DNA of 58,427 nt, filler included, from Sphacelaria rigidula (GCA_964200075.2; 10 parts of 10 records of this genome joined end to end with filler, not necessarily neighbours in it), one strand, 5' to 3'; numbered from the whole stretch's first letter, positions 38,501-50,600 are shown. Translations and numbers: made by a program. The notes: a model not told the origin generated them from the letters alone.

Positions 38501-39200
38501 CATCGACATCCACCTCAGTCGTCGTCACTCACATGCGGTGCGGCTCTCCGTTTTCCATTGCATCCTCTCGCCTCCTCTTCGCGCCATAAAACGCTTCTCG
38601 GCTCAGGTGTCCTCCAATGAACTCTCTGGCATCCGCATATGTTGTGGATTCCCCGCACATAGCGCCTCAAACGGACCTGCGGATTTGCCTTCCTCCCTCA
38701 GAGGCGACGACATCTGGCTCGGACAGTTTTGCCCAAAGTTCACGGATGCTGTCGCATATCGCGCTATCACCGTTCCTCCTCTTTGTGTCAATCGCCAGGT
38801 TCGGATCAATCAGGTTCACAAACCGCGGGTGTTTCTGGAGGAGAGACCTCGTGAGCTTCCTTATTTCGTCGCATGTCGCCTCTGTATTCAGCCACTTCTG
38901 CTCTTCCTCTGACTCCACGGCGTTGAGAAATACGTCTGCGGCTTTGTACAGTGAGTTTTTGAAGTTTCATGCTGACGTCCTCCCCATTACTCGAGGTCGG
39001 TCTCGCCCCACAATCCTGGGTGATATCAAATACGTATTGGGGTGTGACATCCTTCAGCTTTACCATAGTTCGGCCATGCGAACATATGTTTCAGCAAGCA
39101 ATACCTTGTCGGCGCCTAATCTCTTATTCGAATTTGGAATGCACTTGCCTCGCCGGCGACTGGCGATGGCGAGCCTCATATACGAAGGAGACTCTCTTCG
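35560..39200 (-). mobile_element. Sola2-type DNA transposase pseudogene with spliceosomal intron
   Basis: DDFQE..QSQHWN..TTICP; SFIILSDD; SDNCFKQFK; YFGPSHGK..DSEGAVTK (Sola2-like DDD core); Cys-rich region upstream; GT-AG intron 36921-36344; several frameshifts. Confidence 0.75.
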
Positions 39201-40612
39201 AGGTCTTTGTATTTTGATATCCCTTATGTGCCTTGCAGAAGGCGATGAAAAGATGTCGGCTTATTCCTCCGTAGGGCAAGGTGATTCATCTATAGGTTAG
39301 GTTGTGTTGGTGTATACCGTAGCAAAAACGCATATCCTATTCGGGGGCGGCCTCTGACTTGATCAAAGATTGCCACGTTTGGTATCCTTCGTGTATGAGG
39401 CTCTCATGATGTCCATCCAAGAATATAAGAACTATGCTTGCTGCTTTGCCGGCGATTGGCGACGGCGAGCCTTATATACGAATGAGACTCCCTTCGCGAT
39501 GATTATGTTTTGATATCCGTTGCGTACCTTGCAGAACGCGATGAAAAGATGTGGGCGTGGGCCTATCTCTTCATACGGCAAGATGATTCATCGATATATT
39601 AGGTAACGTTGGCATGTACCGTAGCAACACAACGCGTATCCTACTCGGGGGCGGCCCCTGACTTAATCAAAGATTGTCAAGTTTGGGTCTCCTTCGTGTA
39701 TGAGGTTCTCGCGAGGCCCATCTAAGAATATACAGATTATGCTTGCTACTTCGCCGGCGATCGGCGACGGCGAGCCTCATATGCGAAGGACACTCCCTTC
39801 AAGTTCTTGGTATTTGATATCCGTTGCGTGGGATTAAGCGATGAAAAGATGTGGGCCAATACCCCCATAGGGCGAGATTATTCTTGATTCATCGATAGAT
39901 TAAGTCATGTTGGCATGTACCGTAGCAACAACGCATATCCTACTCGGGGTTGGTCTCTGACTTGATCAGAGATTGCCGAGTTTGGGTTTCCTTCGTGTAT
40001 GAGGCTCTCGTGAGGCCCGTCTTGCAACAGTCATATTATGCTTGCTTCGTCGGCGACTGGCGATGGCGAGCCTCATATGCGAAGGACACTCCCTTCAACG
40101 TCTGTGTATTTTTATATCCGTTGTGTGCCTTGTAGGTCGCGTTGAAAAGATGTGGGCCTATCCCTCCATAGGACAAGATGATCCGTTGATAGATTAGGTT
40201 ATTATGTTGTTGGCATGTACCGTGGCACCACATTGCATATCCTATTCGGGGGCGGTCTCTGACTTGATCAGAGATTGCCGAGTTTGGGTTTCCCTCGTGT
40301 ATGAGGCTCTCGTGAGGCCCGTCTTGCAACAGTCATATTATGCTTGCTTCGTCGGCGACCGGCGATGGCGAGCCTCATATGCGAAGGACACTCCCTTCAA
40401 CGTCTGTGTATTTTTATATCTTTTGTGTGCCTCGTAGGTCGCGTTGAAAAGATGTGGGCCTATCCCTCCATAGGACAAGATGATCCGTTGATAGATTAGG
40501 TTATTATGTTGTTGGCATGTCCTGTGGTACCACATTGCATATCCTATTCGGGGGCGGTCTCTGACTTGATCAGAGATTGCCGAGTTTGGGTTTCCTTCGT
40601 GTATGAGGCTCT
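39140..40612. repeat. ~302-bp tandem array (~5 copies) upstream of the transposase
   Basis: CTTGCAACAG at 40021 and 40323; GGCGAGCCT core recurs about every 300 bp from ~39168. Confidence 0.95.
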
Positions 40613-40871
40613 GATGGGACGCAGCGGATCCTAATTTTTGGAGTTGAACTAAAAAATGAGGTTCAACCCGCAAATCGTTCACGTTGGGAAAATACCAAAC
40701 AATAACACAGAAGGAAAGTCTTTCCCCCCAAAACTCCGCAGGAGGGGTTGGGCAGTTCGGGCCAGGTGCACCCAACGAATGCGGTGTACACGCGTGTCGA
40801 TGACGATATCACCAGAGAGAGGAGCAACGACAGAGAGGAAGCTCCTCGCCCGTGTCCTTTGTATGTCCTCG

Positions 40872-40971
40872 NNNNNNNNNNNNNNNNNNNNNNNNNNNNN
40901 NNNNNNNNNNNNNNNTTAATTAATTAANNNNNNNNNNNNNNNNNNNNNNNNNNNNNNNNNNNNNNNNNNNN
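40872..40971. other. Artificial contig linker
   Basis: N44-TTAATTAATTAA-N44. Confidence 0.99.
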
Positions 40972-41429
40972 AGTGTGGGGAAAGCACTGTTTTGGGCTTG
41001 AGCCTCATCTCGAAGTTAAACCTCAATTCTCACAATTTGTTGTTCCATGTTGTCTGGTAAATCCTATACCTAACAGAGATAGCGTCCACACTATAATCTA
41101 CATGAACACCCCCAATCGGTGCATTCAGCGGATGACAACAACAACAAGAACAACAACAGCAACGACAACGACAATTAATTACACCTCGGACACTTAGATA
41201 TGTAATTGTTTCTCGTCATATCTAAGGAAGCCCGAGCCAACGCTTTCCCTCGCTGGTTCAGAGAGCCCCTTTGTATGAGACAGAAAAGATAGATTCGAAA
41301 AACTATACGATGATCGTCGGGAGACTGTTGTATTGCACTAGAAGCTAGGTTTTCCAGGCAACAGGCTCACCTATACCTGGTGGAAGCTGCTACAGTGTGC
41401 AATAGATGAAGCAGTGTCTCTCCCGCACC

Positions 41430-42255
41430 CCTCCTCCCACGAAATGCTCAACACTACTGCAAGCAAGTGATAAAGCACACGTTCTGCATCTCTCTCTCTC
41501 TATATATATATATATGCATAGTTGTGCAAAGGTACGAAAATGACTGGGAGTGGCTGTATGTGCTATTTTTTTGCTACCTCATTTGCAGGTTGTAAAAAAC
41601 AAAACAGTTTCAAGCGCGCTGCACGATGTAGCGATGCAGCCCATCCCGAAACCAGTTCCCAACACTGCCACGAAGAAAGTTACCATACAAGGCATGATAG
41701 CTGGTTCGGACTGGATGAGGCGCCTCTCATGGGCGCTACTGGCGAAAAAACCCCAACCGTGGGAGTTTCCACGATCTCGTTGTGTGTGTGTCCAGTTTTG
41801 TTCTTGTTCGTTTCCCCCAACTGACTGCACTTCCCCCCGGAGCTGCCAAGAGCTTCGTTGACGTCACAGAGGTGCGGTAGCTCACGCTCGTGTCGACGCA
41901 GCAGGCGAGTACCTCGCTGCCACATTTTCCCTGCTCTTCACTTCAAAAATATGCACGTACGCAAACGGCCAGCACCGTACTTGCGTCAGCGGCAGTTGAG
42001 CGACGGGACATCGCCCTATTACGTGTTCTGTAGCGCGTAGAGGCACGTTCCTTTCAAAACCGCCGCACCCTGACGGTGGTTTTTCTTTTGAACTGCTCAT
42101 CATGCTTGGGCTGCTGTATAAAAGATTCTGGCACAAGTGTCATGGCCGAAACTGCTTGCGTATCCCAATCCTATTGGACGGAATCAATGAAATTTCGATG
42201 ACGACTTCAATTTTTCCCGAATGATGAACCTCAAATCCGCCCCCACGCTGTTATG
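41430..42255 (+). repeat. Left arm of long inverted repeat
   Basis: Reverse complement of 43750-44955, e.g. CAGAGGTGCGGTAGCTCACGCTCGTGTCGACGCAGCAGGCGAGTACC. Confidence 0.9.
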
Positions 42256-43200
42256 TGGTGCTCCAGTGACCTCTGACGTCCCAATTCCCCCGGAGGGATG
42301 CGCGGCCCTCCAGAGGCAAAACAAGCCTGTGGAGGCGTTTGATCCCATCCCTCTGGAGGACCGCGCACCCCCTGGAGGCGTTGAATTCCTCTGGAGTCTC
42401 GCAAAGCAGACCGGAACAGAGTACTTTGAGGGGTAGCCGGATGGCCGCGTGTGTGTTGTTCAAACCGGTGATACGAGCTGGGCCAGCCTAGAAACACGGG
42501 TTTAAGCTCTCAAGGAAATACATCATCGACACAAACGAGTTGGACCGTGATTCGCATATCGTATTAATCGTCTAATCAAGGGGAAGGTGTCCATCTGCTC
42601 AAAAGTCCGGAACAATATTTTCTCGTTGATGAAACCCCATGTCTAGAAATTCCTATCCCGTACGGAGATAGCGTCCGTACTAGAATCTGTATGAAACCCC
42701 GCACGATACATTCAGTGGATGACGGCGGCTTTTGGTGTGGACATTCCCTGGAGCACGGGGACACGATAGATACCCTCACCTTCACGTAATAGTTCGCGAC
42801 ATATCTCGAGATATGGCGCACATAAGGTTCACTACTGAAATCAATATATTACGAGCAGAGGCACTATAATATAGATGTCCTAAATCTGGATATTGCGTCT
42901 CCGTTTTCGAGAGTTGTGTCGTGATATTTTGTATGGAGAACCGTCAGTGCATGGTATAAGAAAATACAGGTATTTTTTCTTCATTCTGTTATCACTGTTT
43001 TTCGTTTTTTGTAGGGGAGTTTTGAGGAGAAATGAACACTGCTCTTAGGCCTTCCATCATTTGTTTAGCTCAATTTTTCGAATTGTAATTCGAAACTCAG
43101 CATGGAGGACCGCAGAGGAATGTATGCTGAATAAAAAATAAAATGGCCCTCCTTTTCGTGGGGGGGGGAAAGATTCGGGCGTTCTCGTAAAAAAGTTGCC

Positions 43201-43420
43201 GTTACTGTAATGCGTGAGAGGACCGCGTGCTTAGAGGATCGCATCGGAATTTGAATATCGCTATGGTTGGGGTTAGGGTTAGGGTTAGTGTCAGGGTTAG
43301 AGTCAGGGGCGTGGTCCCTGCAGGGACTGGCGTGATTGGTTTGAAAAAATTCGGTCCTGAGGTGTTTCGAACTATGACGCGGTCCTCTAAGCACGCGGTC
43401 CTCTCACGCATTGCAGTTAC
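43201..43420. mobile_element. MITE with ~45-bp TIRs carrying internal TTAGGG repeats
   Basis: AATGCGTGAGAGGACCGCGTGCTTAGAGGA and its inverse at the ends; GGGTTAGGGTTAGGGTTAG..GGGTTAG at ~43270-43300. Confidence 0.85.
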
Positions 43421-43570
43421 CATACTAAAACGCCCTAAACCAGTGAATTATATATGTAAGTATACCCTAGCGAGGTCCCACACAAAAATCCAATATACAA
43501 ACAACAGACGTGGGCCGGTCAGTGGCCTGAAAAACACCGTTCCAAAATTATACCGTCCAGGTCACTAAAC

Positions 43571-43746
43571 GGCTCATTCGTCGGCTGATACTTAGAGTTG
43601 TACCCTACAATCTGGTATGGACAGTACATAAGGCACGACAAAAAAAATACCTCTGCACAAAATATTTGTTTGGTTTTTCATGAGGTAAGGGCGATAATCA
43701 GTTTAACTTTTTGGTCCGACTCTAAATATTGACCGACGAATGGGCC
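43571..43746. repeat. Small element with ~34-bp imperfect inverted ends
   Basis: GGCTCATTCGTCGGCTGATACTTAGAGT versus ACTCTAAATATTGACCGACGAATGGGCC. Confidence 0.6.
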
Positions 43747-43749
43747 TGC

Positions 43750-44955
43750 AAACAACAGCGTGGATCCGATTTTGAGGTTAATCATTTGGGGAAAGTTGAA
43801 GCCGTCATCGAAATTTCATCTATTTTTTCCGATAGGCTCGGGATACGCAAGCAGTTTCGGCCATGACACTTGTGCCAGAAGCTTTTATACGGCAACCCAA
43901 GCATGATGGGCAGTTCAAAAGAAAAAACACCGTCAGAGTGCGGCGTTTTTCGAACGGGACGTGCCTCTAAGCGCTACAGAACACGTAACAGGGTGATGTC
44001 CCCGTCGCGCAACTGCCGCTGACGCAAGTACGGTGCTGGCCGTTTGCGCACATGCATGTTTTCGAAGTGAAGAGCAGGAAAAATGTGGCAGCGAGGTACT
44101 CGCCTGCTGCGTCGACACGAGCGTGAGCTACCGCACCTCTGTAACGTACAGCTCGTAAAGTGGTGGGTATATCTAAGCGCATAGCTGATCGAGAGCAAGC
44201 ATGCTGAGAACAAACTTCTTTGGAATAGTCATGGAGTTGTCGAGCGCCTCTTTTTTAGTATATGAGAGAGACTTCATACTGTTGCCGCCGGCGACGACCA
44301 TCGTCAGCGAAACGGTCCAACACGGCGACAGATGCCAGCGATCTTTGAAACGCAGCATCATTCAGCAGTCTGCTAAGAAACACTATCACCAGAGTATAGC
44401 ATCATGACGCACGTAGATGCTCGTGGCAACAGACCCCTGTGGTTGTGATCAAAACTACACAGTAAAAAGAAACCACTTGTCGAGCAGTATTATCAGACGC
44501 GATGTTACTAAGCTCCCCCGGGGGCTGCCCCGGGGAAACTACAGTCAGTTGGATAAAATGGATGCCCAAAATAAAAGCTGCACAAACACACAACGGGGGT
44601 TAGGGCTAGTCCCACGCTTGGGGTCGTTTCGCCACTAGCGCCCATGAGAAGCGCTTCATGCAGTCTGAACCAGCTATCACGCCTTGCATGGCCACTTCCG
44701 CCGTGGCTGTGTGGGATCTAATTTTGGGTTGGGCTGTCGAAGCATACTGTAGAGCAGCGCGCTTCCGANNNNNNNNNTCTACGAGCCGTTTTATTTGATT
44801 TACAACCCGCAGACGAGATAGATAGTAAACAAACTACTGTTGTAGTACAGTTACCTCTCATTATTTTCGCAGCTTCGTACAGTTATATATGTACATGCAG
44901 ATGTGCTGCATCATTCACTTGCAGTAGTGTTGACCATTTCGTAGGAAGTGTGTGT
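43750..44955 (-). repeat. Right arm of long inverted repeat (extra ~355-bp segment at ~44145-44500)
   Basis: Reverse complement of 41430-42255. Confidence 0.9.
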
Positions 44956-46723
44956 TTGAATTACTCGGTAGTCTCCTGTACAACTGCCGCGCAGTGCAGT
45001 ATAGGACAAGATAAGAATGATTCAAGAGACATATAAGACATAGCTGCGGACAGCGTATGTGACTTATCCTACCCGGACAGTGGGTGTATGTAGGTCGTAG
45101 CTTCTCACTCGGTGAAAGGATACGGAGCTTCTCACTCGATGAAAGGATACGGAGTGTACTGAGCCGAGATGTGGACTTGGACTGGACGGGCTTTGCAAGG
45201 CAGGGTTTTGGTTGAAACACAGAGGGCACGGGGAGGGGGCTTCCACGGGGAGCCTCCGAGACGGGAGAATGACGATCCCAAACTGGGGATTGAAGGATGA
45301 AAGTCCGAGGGTAACAGGGCCTCGAAGACGGTCCGGGTTGACTAGCCCGGGGTTATTAGTAGGCGGATCGGGTCATGTAGAGGTCCTAATAGCATACCCC
45401 CCCAGCTACAGCGGTGTTGGCGCGCGACTCCGCTGAAGCTAAAGACAGGGATTTGAAACTCTAGGGAGAAGACCTGACGAGTTTACTAAGATCCAATTTA
45501 CTAATGTGGCATGAGACATTCCACGAGACCTTGTGGACATATGCGCACAATGGACGACACTTGCAAAGGCGCAGCGAGACAATACCGTGACTCTTTTTCA
45601 GAGTGAATCCTCAACGGAGGAGCAAATACCTGTATATTTTTGTCAGGTTGGCGACAAATCTGCAGGGTTTTGAAATATGTATCTGCGGACATACGCGTAT
45701 GTGGAGCAGAACGATTTCTTGGCAAGACATAAACACTTGTGACAGACGTGTGACTTCTGGAAACAAATATCGACTAAATTGTGGTGAAAGACGTATTTAA
45801 ACCATGACAGGTTAATTTTGGCCAAAGACATGAATATTTCATCACTACATTAACATTGTCATAAGTGAACGGGATCTGTGACAAAATGTGGCCGTGAAAA
45901 AACAATTGTTGACAAGACGAGACGGGACATGTGCAAGGCGAAAGATGGACGATGTGCGAAAACATTATGTTTTCTGGGGTTCTATTCCATCAGCGTTCAT
46001 CCTGTTTGCCCAGTGATCAATGCATTAGTGGAGCGTACGACGATTAATATCGAATAACATGTTGGTGTTTTCTGGTACAACCACCTGGGGTCCTAATCCA
46101 ACAGGCGTGAAATACCCACCATTTCGATCATTCAAGGGTTTAAGGTCGAGGAATGAGGTTTCATCTTGTTGTTTCATGGAGGTGAGTGCGAGTATGAAGT
46201 GGTGATGGGGTGAATGCGCACGCAACCTTGCGACCAACTGGGGTCCTACTCCATCAGTGGTGGGAGGTTGGTGGTTGTTTCCCAATGTTTCGAGTAGTGG
46301 AAGAGCCCGACAAAGACGAACAATTATTCAATTAATTCACTGAGCCCACGAACATAGGGGCTAGGCGTGCCGGCCTTGAAATCCAAGGAACCAAACTTGG
46401 GATTCACCAACGAAATGAAATACGAAGACGACGAACCACTTGACTCTGTGACGCAACCATATTTGTATTGCAACGAGAACACAAGACAACAGAATAATAA
46501 ATATACTATATAAATCAAAGATGGATGACTTCGGTACTGAAGTGTACGAGGTACAAAAAAAAACATCAGTGACGAGACTAGACGAAAGGAATAAAATAAG
46601 GTGATATACAATGTGACTTACTATATAAAGTATGGCATACAAAAAAAAATAGAGTCATCCTACGATAGCGGGGGGGGTATTTGGTTGCACGAAAAAAGAG
46701 GCTCATAAGTGAGTCAGACATCC

Positions 46724-46823
46724 NNNNNNNNNNNNNNNNNNNNNNNNNNNNNNNNNNNNNNNNNNNNTTAATTAATTAANNNNNNNNNNNNNNNNNNNNN
46801 NNNNNNNNNNNNNNNNNNNNNNN
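46724..46823. other. Artificial contig linker
   Basis: N44-TTAATTAATTAA-N44. Confidence 0.99.
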
Positions 46824-47165
46824 CTTGTCCCCTGGTCATCATCCAGGATCCTACATGCTACATCAACTACGCCTTGGTGTATTCTGGCTACATACTGCAG
46901 TCATGCTCCACTCTACCTCTGATGACACCCCTTTTACTCAAATTCACTGCTTTCACCAGCTACGTTCCAATATAATGATCCACAGAAATCTGAGCTTACA
47001 CAATAGCCTATTCTGTGAACACAAAGTTTGGTCATAGACGGACCTCACCTTGTGCAAACAACATAGACCGGAACGAGCTCAGTTGATAACCCAATGCTTG
47101 TTTGTACTTTATTTTCGTATCTATTAAAGACAATCCCCACCCTGATCACCGACTGACTCCGGATA

Positions 47166-47392
47166 TGTCCGCCTCCAAGGAGTGGGAAATCGACGGAGGT
47201 GACGGCTCCGGCTAGATATCCAACAACGACAAATTAAAACCAGACGAAACCACTCGACGAGACTACGGCCACCCTGTATAGATGCTACGTGAATCAACGA
47301 AAAACACATAGACAAAGACAAATGAAGACATTCCGAAAACAGAAGACACATTTCATGTTGCTACGAGTTTCCAGAGTCGCCACTTCCGGACA
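47166..47392 (-). repeat. Second LTR-like unit abutting the gypsy 3' LTR
   Basis: TGTCCG...CGGACA termini; shares AGGAGTGGG(G)AAATCG, TCCGGCT and GAAACCAC with 47395-47612. Confidence 0.6.
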
Positions 47393-47394
47393 CA

Positions 47395-47612
47395 TGCGCT
47401 CGTGAGGAGTGGGGAAATCGGAACAGCAGCGGTAAATCCGGCTCCAAATTTCAATTCGTCAAGAAGAAGTCCACGCGGAAACCACAGATGGACATGAGTC
47501 AGTTTTTCTCCGAGCTCCGGCTGTTACAACAATCATTTGCGTCGTCCTCCTGCTCGTTCTCGCATGCAGCTCCGCAGCGCTCCGCCCAGCTCCCGTCGCC
47601 GCGCTCCGGATA
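47395..47612 (-). repeat. Putative 3' LTR of the gypsy element
   Basis: Starts just after polypurine tract GGAGGGGGGG (47623-47614, minus); begins TATCCGG, ends CA. Confidence 0.6.
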
Positions 47613-47699
47613 GCCCCCCCTCCATGATTGCCAGATCCCCAACATCAAACTCGCACGTCCGCCACGTCTAGTACCACCTCGACTCGTCCTGCCCCATCA

Positions 47700-50600
47700 C
47701 CCACATGCGCGGACAAGTTGACGATTCAGCCGTACGGGAGTGTGCCCGCACCACTTCCAACACCAAACGAAACTTCCTGCCCATTCACCAGCCATGCGCG
47801 AAATATTTGGCGGTTTTCCGGAGCATGTGAATGTGCCAGCACTAGTCCCCCGGTTGACAGCGGCTCTCATCGAGGGCGGCCCACTTTAGGTGTACCGCGT
47901 ATTTCCGCCCCAAGTCCATCATACGGAGAGTGTGTGGACGCTCCCGCTGACCTGGGCTCTCCTCGAGCCCCACCACCTCGGACAACTGGCAACCTGCGGA
48001 AGCCGTTTTAAAATTCACGTGAGAGCCCACAGAGTTGTAAACATCGGGTCCATCTTCCCTTCGTCCCGACACCTTATACCCCGGCGCCACGTAATATCCA
48101 CCCCGTTCGTGCGCCGTTATGCGCCGCGACAAACGAATGCGATATTTACGGTATTACGCATTGTCACCTTTTACCTGTGTGGATTCGCCCAGCCAATACT
48201 TGTAAATTACCTGCCGACCGTACTGCTCAAAGTCGGCTTCATGCTCCCACCTAGGAACGTCCAAACCGCCCCAATGCGGGAGGTATCTGAGGACCGACGC
48301 CCGGATGGGTACGGTGACTCGTGTACAGAGTCGAGCTAGAGGACATTGTAGGAGGTTTGGTCGGTGAGGGACGTTTTTGTTTCTATTTCCCAAGTCCGAC
48401 ACTACCTGGGTGAGGGGGCACTCCCACCTTGGTGCCTATCCATACATTCGCTGGACATGCCTACCTTCGGGTGGGCATGTCTGACGGGTGGGGCGACTCG
48501 AAGCGCTGCACGAAGCTAGAAGTAGCGAAGTGCATGGTTTAAGGTTCCTTCCTGTCCTCTGGGGACAAAAAAACAAATGAGGGAGGTTTGTAGCGCCAGC
48601 TTACCACCCACCCTCCGAGACAACCTGTGTTTCACCAATTTATTCGGCAATAGCCTGTCAGTGTCTATCTCCATCGTGACGTCTTTCGCCGTGAAATGCA
48701 GAGGAGGCGACCGTTCAGAATATTTGTTCGTCACATATCGACCATGCCCGAAGGCAGAATTCTCGGTTTGTCCGGCCCCTCATGGGGGTTGTAACACCTC
48801 TTACACCTCGCCACTGATACCCTAGAGTTCATGTCGATCCTTGGCTCGTTTCGTCGAATCTCCAGCAACAGTGAATTCCTACCCTCCTGTTTACCCTCCG
48901 AGGTTACCCCCGGTCCCCCACCAATAAAATTTTGTATGGTCCCGTCCAGCACTGAGCTAACTTCGCTGACAGCGCCAAAGACGTCCGGGCTGTACTCGAC
49001 GACACCTGCTCCGCCTTACCCCCCGCGGCGATGGTGCTTTTGTCATCATACACAAGCACCCACTGGCCCGCGTGCCATTTTGGCCGGCGGTTTGGCATTT
49101 CCTCAATACCCTGGTTCTTGGCTCCATGTCTTGCGTTGATCAGAAACTTCTCTTGCCTCACCAGTTCCTACGCCTTCACCTGCCGTTCTCTCATCAGCTG
49201 GAGATAGTCCAACTGATCGGTCTTCAAATCCTGGTGCCCCCGCACCCCCCTACCTTTCAGAATAATCATGGGCATGCGCGGGTAGCGTCCAATATGTACC
49301 TCATTTGAAGACAACCTGGTACCCCTACTAGTTATATTGTTGTGTGCCGAGGTCGCATGCGTTAGAGACTCATCCCAGTTGTTCTGGTCGTCCACCACCA
49401 AATAAGACGGCATTTGACATAAAGTGTGGTTCAACCGCACCACCATCCCATTCGTCTGAGGGCGATACGAGCTTGTGAACCGTTTTACCGCACCCATCAT
49501 TTTATACACCGACCTACACCCCGCGGAAGTGAACTCCGCCCCCCGATCGGACAAAAACGTGTGCGGGCTAACCCTATCGTGGCACACAGTCCCCCACCAT
49601 GATTGCAACGCACCCGGTAGCCGAGTGCTCTTCAGAGGTGATCGCGTAAGCTCCCGCGTGTCTACAGAACAGATCCACCATGAGGAAAATGTGTCGGTTG
49701 CCCCTCCTTGTTTTCGGCAACGGACCAAAGAAGTCAAACGCTGCCATTTGCCCTGGCCGACTAGGTGGTGGCAGAGAGAATAAAGGCCACCGCACCGTGT
49801 GCTGATCAGATATCTTGGCCTGACATGCGTAGCAGCGTCGAATCCAGAATTTCGCACTTTCTTTCATCCCTATCCACCAATAGTACCGTTGAAGAAGAGA
49901 GAGAGTCACCTTTCCCCCCAGATATACTGCTTCCCTGCGCGTTTGATTCATTACCCAGGGCCTCAGCAACAACAGAACATAGGTTCTCACGGGTTCGTCT
50001 CCGAGGTATCGCGCAAAAATACCCGGTTACTGATCCTCCGGCTCCAAGGGCGCGATCGTTAGCTATTTACCAACAGTTTCCCCCCGTCCGCTAGCTCAAA
50101 CAATTCACCTTGTTTCAGCAGAGCTCGTAGTTCTTTCTCGTCCATTCCGCTATCCAACGTTTTCCCCTCTTCCTTCGAGAGTGTTGTTTCTTCCTGTGAG
50201 AGATAAACGGCAGTCGTACGAGCGGTCAGATAAGTAAGTTGGATTTTCGCCCAGTCACTTGCTGACTTGGCACACAACCGCTCACCAAAATTACACGCTT
50301 CCGCCGTCTCTAGATTGAGCGCGGGTGTACCTGAACCGTCCTCTTCGGTCGATCCCGCCTCCTCATACGTGATTACAAAAAAATTCGAACCCGCCGTCTC
50401 GTGTAACAAATATGTACCCACTTCAGTAACGGGATAAGCGTGTAAGCACAAACCCGGTTCCCATTGCCCACACACCACATCGGTAACATCGGGGAAGGGG
50501 AGCCGTGAGTCATCCTTCACCACTACCGGTCCCTTCCAGCCCAGTGTACAAGTCAATGACTTAAGTATCTCCTGAATCCAATCCCATGTGTCATCCACTA

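Noticed and set aside
45058..45410. Possible solo LTR (TGT..ACA, internal ~26-bp direct repeat)
   Set aside because: Flanks GCGTA and GCGGT are not a clean TSD, and there is no second copy in the window.
48287..48335. Hammerhead ribozyme (CUGAGGA, stem II, GACUC/GAGUC)
   Set aside because: The GAAA core is missing, there is an extra U and no stem I; it needs too many changes.
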